A DNA stretch of 59,251 nucleotides, counting the filler, from Sphacelaria rigidula (taxonomy: Eukaryota), in NCBI GenBank assembly GCA_964200075.2. It is 8 parts of 8 records of this genome, joined end to end, with 100 filler letters (N's around TTAATTAATTAA, not from the genome) between each part and the next. Parts side by side here need not be neighbours in the genome. Positions count along the whole stretch, not along the records: positions 22,260 to 29,578 come from CAXNAA020015466.1; positions 29,679 to 36,997 come from CAXNAA020015467.1; 6 more parts are not named here. The stretch is one strand, 5' to 3'. Numbering within the stretch: the first letter of the stretch is position 1; each line of letters begins with the position of its first letter. The position numbers and the translations under genes are program-made. Below are positions 22,300 through 35,291 of the stretch, piece by piece. The notes below the pieces were generated by a model. It worked only from the letters and a program-made list of their open reading frames with translations, had not been told where the DNA came from and ran no database searches.

Positions 22300-22342
<43 letters not shown>
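22260..22342 (+). mobile_element. 3' end of tRNA-derived SINE with (CA)n tail
   Basis: CGAAAGGTGTAGACTGGCGCCCAGAATAAATGGGACGACAACACACA... matches the 3' part of the full copies at 45744 and 57477. Confidence 0.85.
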
Positions 22343-22345
<3 letters not shown>

Positions 22346-22596
22346 TTCAGCGCACAGCACCAGATATAGCGACGTGGAACTGTTGGCTGTGATTCGCACA
22401 ACATATGAGCGAAGTTTCAGCGCCTCGCAGCGGCTTCAGCGCGCGTAGCATGAACTGCGCAGCTCTACAGACTGTATGCGTATCGGTACACTACAGATGG
22501 TCATGATCCAGAAAGGGTCACAGTACGCACACTGGTGTCCAAGGGGCCTTACAGACTGGAATACGGTTTACACCCCCCCCTCCCCCTCCCCCAGGG

Positions 22597-22770
22597 GTGA
22601 TCGAGAATGAAGAAAATCGAAAAATGGTGTCCACAAACCTGTTTCTCCCTGTTTCTTCATCAGAACACGGAATCGAACGGTACCTTCATCACCACGATGC
22701 TGGCCTTGACCCGAGCAGCCCAAAACCGAGGAGTTTGGGCATATCAGTTGTTCTAGCGGCCGCAGGGAAG
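22597..22770 (+). repeat. Dispersed repeat; second copy at about 36825-36997
   Basis: TCGAGAATGA...ACGGAAT.GAACG...GAGCAGCCCAAAACCGAGGAG...TCAGTTGTTCT is shared between contigs. Confidence 0.8.
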
Positions 22771-23229
22771 ACAACTTGGCCGTTGGTTGATGACTTTTCA
22801 GTCAAGGTGACCGATGGAAAATGACTTTGGGTTAGGTGTTACGGTAGTGAGGTCGTAATGCTCGAGAGGACGTTCTGTTAGTCGATCAAGGAAAGTGTAC
22901 CGCGAGTCGTACGTCTTGCTGAGTGACACCAGAGGTTTACGCTACTACTGCGACTTGACTGTATAATTTCAACCGGCATAAAACTGTTTTGACAGTACTC
23001 GCATGGTGTCAACCAATTGTAGATTATTTAAGAATGATCACCGGGTGCCCGCTTAGGCAGTGCCCGCGTCCGTACAGCTGTGCCGAGGAGCAATCTCTAA
23101 AGGCCGGCATACTGCACAGCAACACAGGTAGAAGCGACACACGAGAATCTCGTGAAGATGGTGTCGCTAAAGAAAGTAGCCAACAAGTCACAGTTCTTAT
23201 ACTTTATCCATGCTGGCATAATCTGTTCC

Positions 23230-23452
23230 AATAAAATTTGACCTCACGGTCGACGAGGGAAAGGGAATGCTGAATCCCTCTGTCGGTAATAGAAAAGTAA
23301 GGGACCGCAGCAGGAAGGTAGAGAACAAAAAAAAACAAAAATACTCGTGTGTTGGCCTTCCTCCTGTGTGACCCTGGCTCGTGCATCCATATATACCGGA
23401 CGGTGTAGACTGGCATCCAGAACAGATGGGACGACAACACAAACACAGACAC
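23230..23452 (+). mobile_element. 5'-truncated tRNA-derived SINE
   Basis: CACGGTCGACGAGGGAAAGGG...GGTGTAGACTGGCATCCAGAACAGATGGGACGACAACAC matches the SINE body. Confidence 0.85.
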
Positions 23453-26400
23453 GAGAAATACAGACGTTGCTCAGCCAAGGCTCGACGTGCCCCTACCACC
23501 TGCCGTGCAGCCGTAGCATACACAACTTGTACACAAGCCTGGCACAACAGCCGGGAAAAGCCGTTCATGCACGTGCTGCACAGTACGGTACCTACTATCG
23601 TCATCATCCATCTTATCAGGGCGTACATATCCCTTCAAAGTGGGGTACCCTCCCCCCTCCCCCCCCCTCGTCGCCCAGAATGAGGTTTTCGGGAATCGGG
23701 GGCGGTGAATAACGCATTCCAGTCTGTAAGGCCCCTTGCGGTGTCAGTTTGCTACCACGTCGGCCGCCCAGCCGCTCAATATGTCGAAGTTTGTGCATCC
23801 ACGCGTGCATTTATGCATTCGCCTGTAGTGCACGAAGTCCGGGCTGCGGGATAGCGATGTGAGAGCGCATCGACGGCATTTCCCGAAATCCCTCGTGGCC
23901 GTGTTGTAACTTTGTCCTAGGCCCAATCCTGCGGGCGCTATGCGCATATGCTGTCTGTGTTGTGTCCGACTAGTGTGCAAAGTTCCATGATGGAACGCGC
24001 AGTCGCAGGCGAGAAATCCATAGCAAACTTGCACTGGAAATCGGCAGTTTACCGTAGGAAAGTATCCTAATAAACTTGAGATGGGGTTATGCCGTATATC
24101 AGATGCAGTTACGCAGTATTACGGTACGGGTACTGTGAAATGCAATCCGACGTTACAGATACTTCATTGCATCAGCATATAATACTGCACTTTGTAATGG
24201 TCGAGACGGAGTTTTCAAATTTCAAAGGCACCAGCTGCGCCGCCAGCTTGCCGCCAGGCATGCATGCAAACGATCATACCATCCTCATTTGTGCTGGAAG
24301 CAGTTGACGTGCTTCTTTTTCAGGCGGATTGCACACCCTGTATACTACACCCTAGGCGTGGTGACGGACTGGAACGCGAACCGTGGCCGCCACGTATCGG
24401 CGTACCACGGGGCCCACAAGGCGCCCGTACCGAGCAACATCATGCACACCACCGAACGCGGGACAAAATCACGTTCTCGGCCTGCAGCTTGTGCCGACGA
24501 TCCAGCCTTGAACATAGCTTTTCAGATATGCCGCGTGTTACGCCGTAGATCCTCCCTCTGGGGCACCTCGCTCGTGTGAACTACATCTACTTTGCGAATG
24601 ATGTCAGCTGATAATTTATACCATAACTCTTGTATGCGACAATCCACAGATATTTAACTTTTTTTCCTTTTGACGCAACACTGAGTAGGGCACAGGTTTG
24701 TTCCTGCTTCTGTACTGAACAATGAGGTTCATCTTCAGGCTATTATACGGCAATTTCGCAACGAGTTCCTCGCGTTAGGGCTAAATACTGCACACAATCG
24801 GTGATATGGTACTCCAGAATAACATCTACTGAGGTATGAGCGGCCTACCATTGTGTGGGCCGAGCTGTGGTACGATATCCAAATGCGATGGAGAGTACTG
24901 TCAGACCCATTGTTGTATGTCGTTTTCTGAAAGTTTCGCGGGTGCCTGATGTTTGAACGGTTGAGAACAGACCTCTACTGCATGTGTAGGCAGTATACGT
25001 ATTTTTCTCGGCACAGAGTCATCCTGTCGGTTTCCACTACCCACCGTGGGCGGCGATCGAAACAAAAGGTGCCCTTGACCCGTTTGAGACCGGGCCTCCA
25101 GAACGACCAATGAGGCTGGTTAGGAATGATGTGTCTGGCGTCTCCACGAAACGGTGGCGTGTTGCTGAAAATCAGCGCATGTAACCGCAGGGTTAGGACG
25201 AAGACCAAAAGTTTTATCCAATATATTTGCAGGTGCAGGGTGCGCATTAGGTAGTGTACATCTGATGTAGCAAGCAGTATGGGTCGCCGTAGAGAGCTTT
25301 CAACAGGTTGCGGCGACCGGCGGGCCGCCCGCCACTTGTGGCTTTGGATGATATTGTTGTCCCCGTCACCTTGACATGCAGCCCTTTGTGGTCGGGGTGG
25401 GCCGCGACTCCCCTCTTTGTTGCAAGCGGCAAATTCTCTTCGAAGGGTATATGAGCGTTGCGGCGCGCATGCATGCATACATACAACAGTATAGTACAGT
25501 ACAGTGTAGTACGCCTCTCCTACTAAAGCAGCAGCTGCGGCTGCACTCCCTTGCACGTCCTGGGCAATTCTCAGCTACCAAGATCAACTGCCTATATACC
25601 GCTTCGTCATCCCCGCCCAACACAATACAAGTTCACAGTATTCTGCAAGTCATCGACAGAGGGATAAGCAGAATTCATTGCGGTAGCTCCTTTTGTCTTT
25701 CCACGGCCCACCTGGGTTTAGTGCCTCGTGAAAATGACCACATTGTAGCATGTGCATTCCTTCCCGGTTTTTTCCGCTCCACCCCGTGTCAGTGTAATTA
25801 CTATGTTCCAGTACGGAATTGTGACCCAAAAAAAGCTCCGGAAAAACTCGGGAACGCTGTACTGAGGGCAAGCAATACCATAAAACCAAGTTCTGACCGC
25901 CCTGCACTTGGAAACCTGGGAAGGCTTTTCTGGGCCAGGGATAGGGCCCTCACACGATCTTTGCAGTGGCACCACACTCGCCAACGATCCCCGCGCTGGG
26001 CGTTCGTGTCTGGTCGATGAATGTCGCCGCGCCGTGATTGGGCAGATCGCTCGAAGACTTATTTTTAATTATTTCACCAACACAGGGTCAACCCTGTGTT
26101 AGTGGGGGGTCGGTCCCGAAAGGGTAAAAATATCGTCAATCACGGAGCCGGACCCGCAAAAGCACGACGGTTGTATTCAATGTTCAATGCTGCACGGTTG
26201 GGACGAATCAGAGTTGATACGAGTTGACTCCCCATGAAATGACAGGATTCAACCATATGCCAACTGTTGGTCCCGCATGAACCCGAGGGTGGATAACATA
26301 TGCAGTGCAGTCATGTCGCGCGCATTACAGATGGGAGAAAAGTACGCGTAATTCAAGACCCATGAAATGAAAGGATTCAACCATGCGCCGACTCTTTGTC

Positions 26401-26732
26401 CCGCATGACCCCCCGACGGTGGGGAACATGTACGGGTGCTCACCTCGCACGAATCATACATGGCATAAATGTACATGCCATTCACGCCTCATGAAATTAA
26501 GAGTGTGTGGCATGTACGATCGACTCATTGCACATGAATACAGAGGATGGATATGTGCCGATGATTTACCCCGTATGAACGGAAGGTAGGAAACAGGTAC
26601 CTTTGACGGTGTACTGCACAAGTCACGAGCTCAAACCCTGTATAAATTACAAATTATGTACGAATCGTATGATTTACTCGTTGGAATGATGAACATGAGC
26701 TGAATCACGGTTCCATTCGTCCTAACTGTGAA

Positions 26733-28339
26733 ATGTTACGGGTTCTGCCACTCGCGTTTGTGCTTTGTTCCAGCTTGGCATCGGGCGCTCTGGCGTGCTT
26801 GGCTTCGGTGCTGGGCAAGGTAGCATTTGATGGCAACACTGCGTTTCATCGGCTAGCTAGGCAATCTTGCGAGGCCAATTTCAGTGGTTCGTCGTCGTGC
26901 AGCCTGGTGAGCTACGGTAGGAGCAGCTTTCAAGTCGTCGTTGATGGGGCATCATCTTATGCACGTTTTACTTTCGTGGGCGGTTCTGTTCGTTGTCTTG
27001 CCTGTCTTTACAAGTGTGTCTGTCTCGCAGCTCGTTCGCTTGCCCCGGGGCACACGATCACGTTAAGCAACATGCGCGAGACACATACCGCGTGTGCGCG
27101 CGCGCTTGCTCCAGGGGCGCGCGTACGCCATGTGTCAGTTCGTTCAAACGAAAATTCTTAACCCTCGTAGACGACATGCATGTTGACGAACGGTGACTTT
27201 CGAAATGCGCACCCTGACGATATGCAGGAACCATGAACAAATGGTCATGTGCCGCGGATCATATTTTGACACATGGAGGTGATATCGGCCGTCGTCTGAA
27301 GAGGTTGGTCTACCACTTGGTAGGTATGGGAAGTTTCTCGGTAGCTCATGATTGAATAACACTAACTCTAACCGTAACCCTAACCACCCCAACGAAAGCA
27401 TAACGAGAACCCTTGGGCAAGCGGGGTGCAGAGTGTTTCGTGGGCAAAATGTGCGTTGCCAGACCTCGGGCGCCGATTTAGACAAAAACGCGTTCTGCGC
27501 ACGCTAGGAGCACAGCACCCTCAATAAAGATCCGGATTTACACCGTACTGAAATCAAATACCTGCGAAGTAGCGAATTCTACTGCGTCCGAACTCTTCCG
27601 TACTACGGTGCCCAGGTCGGACTTGCCGTCCAGGCCGCGTCATTGGGAGGAATGGTGTTGGTCAACGCGCTCATGCTGTCGATGTACCTCAGAGCTCTCC
27701 AGCAGTCCGGGTCAACGGTTGCTACGGTGGCCAACTGCGCCACGAATTTCGTCCTCTCGGTGAGTCCAGCGGGCGTTGGTGTATGCACATTAGAGTAAAT
27801 AGCAAATACACTGGACCGCCGTTCCCGATGCATACTGTAGTTGGTGACCCTTTGTGCTACGAACCTAGCTCGGGACTGAGGGGGATGTAGAGCAATTCGA
27901 ACAAATCCTGGGAGAACGACGGTATAACTTATCGAATCCTGGCTGGTCGATAACGCGTTCAGTATCGACAACAGGGTGTTGTGTCAAAACAGAATTGTCT
28001 CCCCAGTACCGTGCAAGCTTCGTTGCATGGCAATGGGTCTTGATGGGAAAAGTATTCTGTCTTGCATCTATCGTGATGTACACCAGGGACGCGATCCAGT
28101 CATGAGTAATTTTGATACACAGGTGGTTCATCCCGACTTTTGCATCCGCTCCTTGCTCTCACGTGTCTCTCTGTCGCGCGATCATCTGCCGTCGGCAGGG
28201 GGTCTCCGGCATGCTTTTGTTTGAAGAGCGATTGCCAGGGCTGTGGTTTGTTGGAGCGGCGTGCATCGTAATGGGAGTCACGCTTATTGCAGGCGGAAGT
28301 AGAAGCACCGCTGCGGATGACACGAGAAAACTAGAGTAG
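26733..28339 (+). CDS. TMEM42: TMEM42-like small multi-pass membrane protein (DMT/EamA-related), complete 3-exon gene of about 152 aa
   Basis: Exons 26733-26906, 27616-27759 and 28199-28339, all phase 0 with GT/AG. Product includes ASGALACLASVLGKVAF...NALMLSMYLRALQQSGSTVATVANCATNFVLSGVSGMLLFEERLPGLWFVGAACIVMGVTLI, the pattern I recognise for TMEM42. Confidence 0.85.
27310..27575 (+). mobile_element. MITE family B with internal CCCTAA tract, diverged copy in TMEM42 intron 1
   Basis: TACCACTTGG start, ACTAACTCTAACCGTAACCCTAACC, CCCCAACGAA, GACAAAAACGCG and AAAGATCCGGATTT all match 34597-34910. Confidence 0.8.
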
Positions 28340-29138
28340 CGATTCCTGTTAGCTTTGAAAACCAGGATGTGCAAGGATTGGCTCCTACAGGGGGAAGCAA
28401 TTCTGTCTGCTAGACGCCATTACCAGAATTCCACAGCCTCACCAAGAATGCCCCGCCCTCCGCACAGCAAACACGAAATTGCACTCCTCTCGGCTGACGG
28501 AATTTCGGTACACCAGATTGAAAATACCACGACAACAAAAACAGTAATGCGTGTGTACGAAGTATACTTATTCCGCCAGCATCCAAGTGGCTTTTCACTG
28601 CAAGATACGCAGACACAGCAAAAGACATGGACACAGCAAGAAACACAGACACAACTCGGCCCTGGCCACCCCAACCGTGGCAGATGCCAAGCTGTCGAGA
28701 GAATGCTGGGTTGATGTCACCACGTGACCTTGCACACAGCTCGCATATGGTTTACTTTCGCTGAGTCCATTCGTCGATTTCGTAGGCTTGTAATCGCCTG
28801 ATGCTCACTTTGAAACGTGCAACAATTTATTCGTCGCTGAGATAAAACATCGAGCACCTGTCTACAAAAACACGCGAGAATACCACATCCACGGAATTGG
28901 TGTTATCGTCGCATTCTTTCTATTCTCCACCCACCAACCGCGCATCCATCAACAAGCGATGTAGAGCCCTGCGCTCATGAACCCATGCAACAAATAAATT
29001 CGAGCACCGGTGGGGATACTGGAAAGAGCAAATCACAAGTGGTTTCAACACAATAATCACCTATTCTCCTATACGCAGTTTCTCCACGAAATTCACACGG
29101 TCTGCGGCGCTCATGCGCGACAGTCCACGAAGATCACT

Positions 29139-29408
29139 TCATTCGCTACCCTTGACGGTGCTGCTGACGGAGTGTAGCAACAAGTTTTGCCCCACAAGCT
29201 CCTGTAGTGTGCGGAAGCCCCAAGTGACGACCCTCTTGTAACTCCATCGCCCGTCTTCCCACGGCTCCAGCAACGAGTTCAAAGCGCGCACTTGCTGTGG
29301 CGCTAGCTCGGGGAAGGCTGCAGTTATGGCTTCGCGACAAACTTCCCTCGTCTCCAGCGACCCTGTACCGGCTTCATCCTTTGACTTCAATGCGCTCGAG
29401 AGTTTTTC
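29139..29408 (-). CDS. Terminal exon of a gene with a degenerate EF-hand-like motif
   Basis: CCCAG acceptor followed by 90 open codons: EKLSSALKSKDEAGTGSLETREVCREAITAAFPEL...WEDGRWSYKRVV...stop. Upstream exons lie beyond the contig end. Confidence 0.6.
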   Translation of the reverse strand, partial: EKLSSALKSKDEAGTGSLETREVCREAITAAFPELAPQQVRALNSLLEPWEDGRWSYKRVVTWGFRTLQELVGQNLLLHSVSSTVKGSE

Positions 29409-30721
29409 CTGGGAGGGCGTAAGTATGCAGCATCGATGAGGGGTATACTCAAAATCTTGCACGCCAAAGTCACAAGAGCATTGACCTCGTATCCCTACTC
29501 AGAACGGGGGGGGGGGAATCATTTGTTGCTTGCCTTAGTCGTTTGACCATTGACCACGCATCCCTTTCGAGACGGATCNNNNNNNNNNNNNNNNNNNNNN
29601 NNNNNNNNNNNNNNNNNNNNNNTTAATTAATTAANNNNNNNNNNNNNNNNNNNNNNNNNNNNNNNNNNNNNNNNNNNNTTCCGTCCAGAAAAAGAGGCTG
29701 GGGCAAGGGGCACACGCCTAAGGAAAACAACACATGAGAACCCCCCCCCCCCCCCCGTCGCCTGGGATAATTATGGTATGGAGCAAGGGCATTTGACTTC
29801 TGTGTCAAGTCACAAAAAGTTTACATCGGCAAACATGAAGTCATCGGAAGTTGACCACGTCACTGGAAAATAAGTAAATGTACCCTTCGCAGTCGAAGGG
29901 CTAGGGAGCTTCGCTGTTGATGACACAAGTATAGGATAGAAAAATACAGCACGGTGTGATGCTGGTGAGTCCTCAGTACCAGTACAAGCCAACGACCTTA
30001 TGATCGCCGTTCATGTGGAGGTGTCCTCCGTAGTTCCAATAACTCTATCGCTGTGCATGGAGCGCTTCCTCGAGAGCAACAGCGTAATAATCGCTGAGCG
30101 TGAAGTTGGTCCACGGGAGGCATCAGCCTGCCACTCTGCACGATCTTGTTTTCTCTGATGGTACCGATAACCTAAGAGGTCACCATATGCACGTCTTGTG
30201 TCATCAAGTAGCGGTAATAGATCGACAATCGCCACACGTGTTACTGACTGCACCTTAGTAGTAGCCGTAACATTTATTGCCACGCACGTTTTGTGTTCCG
30301 TCAGTTTCAAGCGGCAACAGCTAAAAAAATCACTACACACATACTTTATGCCTTCAGATCACAGTAGCTCAAAAGATTACCATCATACACACCTCTCACA
30401 TCCACTGACTTTGTAGCAAAACCCTCAACAATATTCATACCGTACTATGTATGCAATACCCTCGAGCAGGAGAACAAGAGACGAATACGGGTGTGAATAC
30501 ACGGGCTGAGGCGATGGTGAACAAAAAAAACGTTGGAATTTTGTAGGTACAAGTCAACATATGTAAAAAACCAGTAACGTTGGGTTTTTGTAGGTACCGG
30601 TTAGTATATGAAGAAATTCATCAACATTGTACTCCGTATGTTTGTACCGGTGAATATATGGGAAAATCCAACACCAACACTGTCCTTCTCTGCTGGAGGG
30701 GCACTTTACTTTTGTACCGAC

Positions 30722-33700
30722 CTCGTCAGGGTACAGGGTGTTGAAGTACGTGAATAGCTTCGAGTCAGACCGCATTTCCTTGGGTACGCCCTCCACCACA
30801 ATAGTCCGCTGGTACGGCGACTTGCGCCGGAGGAATTTGTGTCTGAGATTTGTGTAGTACCTGTTGACCCACGAGCAACAAGCGAGAAGGGGGGCGAAGT
30901 GAACATCACGTGTATGACGGCGGGAAACGAACGCACCGCACCGCACCGCACTCACGTCTGGAAACAAACAACGAAATAAGGTGTCTGGTACTGTACTGGT
31001 GTTTCGCACTTGATACTTAGACATGTGTTGTGTGTTGTGTTGCCATCCCATCGCGGCAGCCAGACATGTGTTGCCATCCACCTGTGAAGACGCTAGCTTC
31101 GTAAGTGTATAAATGTGAACCAGAGACAAGTTGCTGGTCTTCGAGACCGGGGATCTCTCGCTGAGAACCAGACAGCTATTTAACAAAAGCTGATGGTTGT
31201 GCGGATATTGTCTACGGCACCAGCAGAATCGAACCTCAGTAACGTTCTCGTTGGAGAACCAGACAGCTATTTAGCAAAAGCTGTTGGTTGTGGAGGATGA
31301 CCTCTCATGGATTTTGTCCAGGCGACCTGGAATACGGAACTTCGGTGACATCACTAACGTGATGTCCACCACCATACTCTCTTTTTATTTTATTTTCAAG
31401 TCACCATCATCACCTGTACTCTATGACGAGAAAATACATGGATATCCCCGTCAAGAGGTACATCCCCATCGCGTGGAGCCACATGCGTCGGTCGCCCATC
31501 GGCACGTTGGACATGGAGAGGCTGTTGAACGTGTTGATGTTGGAGGTGTAAGGATAGATTCTCGGAGAGTTGACTCCCGTGATGTTGACGGGGACAAGAA
31601 CGAACAGCGCATAGGGTGTGAAAAGCGCGAACACCTGGTTTTTTTTCAATCGCGCACACGTCAACGTTGAGAGGGCAGGTCGGTTCTCGGGTTGCGTGCG
31701 TTCATGAGTCATACTCCTCTGCATGGGGGTTGAGGAATGCCGGGGGGCGGGGGGGGGGGATGTCGGGGGAGGGGCGATTCAAGATATGATAGATATCACA
31801 CGAAATACCATACTCGGTAGTACACAATACCACACCCGGGACAACAGACAGCAACTGAATAAGGTGTGCTGCGTCAAGAGTCGAATCTGGTGTTGACTGC
31901 CATAGATTCAACACGTTACGCGGTACATATTTTGTATTCTTGTCCGTTGTCGAGGGTGTGCAAAAAATACACAACGTATTTGATACTCTTATGTAAAACA
32001 TTATTTTCTATCGTTGTTTTTTGTCCAGGGTGTACGAAATGTCACTAAAAATATCATAAAAAGGTATCATACAAGGCAGTACATCATAAGGTGCAGGATA
32101 CATGTTACGAAGTATCCTACATGCCCGCAAATGAACACAGCATGGCACGCGCACACCCCTCCATACGATACAAAGACCGGTAATCGATAAAGATCAACGT
32201 TTAGCCTCCTACTTCAAAATGTATGGATCATGGCACATAGTAAACAGTGTACGCCACGTCATTATTTGATAAGACAACACTACGTCACCATTCTCCAAAC
32301 CTCCAGGACACAACAAAATATGGTCTCTCCAGTCTTCAATATTCAACACACTTTTGTACGGGTCGACAAAAGATCATCTGGTCATGATCGGTTGATCGAT
32401 CGTTGGACATCAACTGTTCCGTTACGAATATCAGTGTATCTTCATGTCCAGTCTTTCGATGATTCAACACCGATATTTTCGACACTGTTTCTTCGGAGAT
32501 CTCCAAAATTGTCGGGACTGGCAGGACTCCTGCTGACTCTACAACGCTTGCGAGCGCCATGGCGCACACACAAGGCAGCTCTCCGAAGTCCTGCGTTACA
32601 GTCCGGATTGTCGGACTTATTCACAAATAAAGCTTCGGTATCGGAGAAAAACACAAGCCGTTTCTTCTTCGAAAAAATCTAAACGCAAAGTCAGAGGAGT
32701 ACGAAAATTTCTGATATCTCCGAAAAAAAGGTGTTTTTTTTTTTTAATAACAGGCCTGAGCATGGGATAAATCTGCGGGTGCACCATGATAGCCGCGTGG
32801 GCTGGTGTGTTCACTTCCGCGAGCCGAGGGATATCCCGTGTGTTTTGCCCTCTGTCAACCACACTCTGGTCACTCCCACGTAGGGAAGAGTTTCCAGGAA
32901 GATACCCAATTCTTCGATGTCGCATCTCCGCGTACCCTTTCGGGGTGGGGGGTAATCATTTGTTGCTGGTCTTCGTCGTTTGACGATCGACCACGCCTCT
33001 GGTTCGAGACAGAGGACTTGTGAGGGCGAGCGGTGTCTCAAATCGAATCATAGTTCCCGTGCTTGATCTCGGTGAGCAGGAACCGATGATCAATAAAGGA
33101 GTGACAGTGTGTGGTGACCTGTCACTCTGTCTGACGGGTGGGGTATCACCACGCCTGCGTCTGTATGTATGTCTACACGCAAAATTTCTTGTCAAATAAC
33201 GCAGCTGCGATCACAAGATCGACGGAGGAGAACAACGGGTATTCATGCCTCACTCTCTTAATATCTGACCTTGAAAGCCAGGTGGTAGAAACGCAAGAAG
33301 ATGGCGGCGTCAAAGCCGGCGTAGTCCACGATTTCTTCCTCCGACATGGCCATGAGCACGCTGCGACGAAAAAAAAGGGAACCAAGTATAAAAACAGCGG
33401 GAGATACATACATCACACCCCAACCAACTAACCGAACGATCCACTACCTACAGCACACCACACAATTACCACCGACATCCATTTTATTGCAACCCAGTAT
33501 GCTAGGACATCACTTTACCACGCAAAAGACACGACTGCGTCCACCTGTTACTACATACCAAAAACTCATCAACTTTCATCACTAATTACAGCATACAAAA
33601 ACACTTCAGCTAAACAAGAGACAATCAGGACACTGGAAAACAAGAAAAAAAAAGTGAAAAAAACGCACACTGTGGAGTATGACTGGCACACATTAAACAT

Positions 33701-34151
33701 CTGGGCACTCACGGTATCCAGCTCAAAAATCCCGACGTGGGTAAATCGGGGGGCGTGAGGTCCGGCAAGAACGCTCGCTTGTGACTGAAGTACCCGGGGT
33801 GATGCCGACGGGAGCTCCAGAAGTATATCAGCGCGAGCACGCACAACACCAAGTTGGCGACCAGAGTGATACTAATTGTATCTATGTCTACCCATGCCGT
33901 TTGGTGGAAGGCCGTCGCGTTTTCGTATCTGTACGGGCACGGGGAGGAGGGGGGAGGAGGGGGGGCACTCATTTGTTGCTTGCCTTAGTCAGTTGACGAT
34001 TGACCACGCATCCCCTTGAAGACGGAACACCGTTCCTACTTCCAAGAGAGACACCTCCGACATTATGGCGCTCGCTACGTTTCTTCCATACAGTCCACAA
34101 AACATTTCAACGTATCTACCCCCTTCCTGTTTCGCCGTCTGTGGCCATCAT
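30722..34151 (-). CDS. 5' part of an OSCA/TMEM63 (CSC1/ERD4-type) calcium-permeable channel gene
   Basis: Phase-compatible exons 34151-34120 (putative first exon, weaker), 33928-33713, 33360-33270, 31634-31414 and 30860-30722. They give family-typical GFLSWIP-VLMAMSEEEIVDYAGFDAAIFLRF, VLVPVN, FNSLSMSNV...RMWLH and RTIVVEGVP...LFTYFNTLYPDE. A further exon may start near 30254. Confidence 0.92.
31163..31292 (+). repeat. About 39-bp direct repeat in an OSCA intron
   Basis: GAGAACCAGACAGCTATTTA.CAAAAGCTG.TGGTTGTG at 31163 and 31254. Confidence 0.85.
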
Positions 34152-34472
34152 TTGTTTCCTAGTACGAGGATAGCGATCATTTTTTTTTGCTACTGGAGGT
34201 TCAAGCCCGGGACTGTCAATCAGGGATACTGTTCCGAACCGAAGCTCGCAGCCAACCGCTGGCGTTTCAGCAATAAAACGATCGTATGCATAAACCCTGG
34301 TCCACCGTTTTACGCACAAACTTTTACACCCTGGACAGTGAAATACAAGGTCAAAAAATCTACTGCGTACAGTATCGACTTTAACGCCTTTTCTAAAATG
34401 GTCACGTCCTCGACCACCTCTTCAAAAAAAATTAAAATAAAATCAGAACGGCTCCTATTAGAGTCTGTCTTA

Positions 34473-35291
34473 GGTCGGATGTTATGGCACACAGATTTGT
34501 GGCTCACGGATTGTTCACCTTTGGGACGTTTGACCCACTTTTCGTCTCTCAAACGGGGAAAACCGCCAACACGTCTCGGACACCATGCATGAGTTTAGTT
34601 TACCACTTGGGAGGGTGAGAAAATTATCAGAAAATTATAACTTAAAACAAACTATTACACTAACCCTAACCCTAACCCCAACGAAGGCACACCGAGAGCC
34701 GTCGGGCGAGAGAGTGGAGAATTTTGCACAGGCAAAGGGTGCGTTGCCAGGCTTCAAACCGGCGCCCCAGGCGCGGATTTCGACAAAAACGCGATCTGTG
34801 CAAGCACGGAGTACGCTTGGAGCATAGCCCCACCAAAGATCCGGATTTCGCTCTCCACACTAAAATCGAGTCGAACTATCGAAGAATTTTCTCTCCCAAG
34901 TGGTAAAACTATACTGCTTTGCATCACCCCACAAATAGGCGCCTAGTATGCTATTCAGATTCACTTGGCTCCGAAGTTTCGAGAATGGCCGCTGAACAAT
35001 GATTTGTGTGCAAAAATCTGTGCTTGCCAACATACGACAGTTTGCCCAATAATCTGCGGACATCGCCGTAGATTTAATTGCACAACACGTGTTATTGTTC
35101 AGTGGCCACTCTTGAAACCTTGGAGCCAGGCGAATCTGAAAAGTGGGGTAGGCTCCTCTCCGTGGGGAGATGCAAACTGTGCTCAAGACGTGTGTCGGCG
35201 ATTTTCCCTGTTTGGGGGTTAAAAAGTGGGTCAAACGTCCCAAAAGTGAACAGTCCTTGGGCGGAAAATTTGTTTGCCATAACATCCGGCC
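34473..35291. mobile_element. Foldback (long inverted-repeat) element containing a nested MITE
   Basis: Arms 34473-34588 / 35178-35291, 34918-34940 / 35157-35178 and 34953-35012 / 35078-35140 are reverse complements. Confidence 0.85.
34597..34910 (+). mobile_element. MITE family B (AGTTTACCACTTGGGAG TIRs) with internal CTAACC repeats
   Basis: Left end AGTTTACCACTTGGGAGGGTGAGAAAATT, right end AATTTTCTCTCCCAAGTGGTAAAACT, and CTAACCCTAACCCTAACCCC at about 34660. Confidence 0.85.

Noticed and set aside
24320-26020. Several medium ORFs and possible exons
   Set aside because: No recognisable domain or consistent splice chain could be built.
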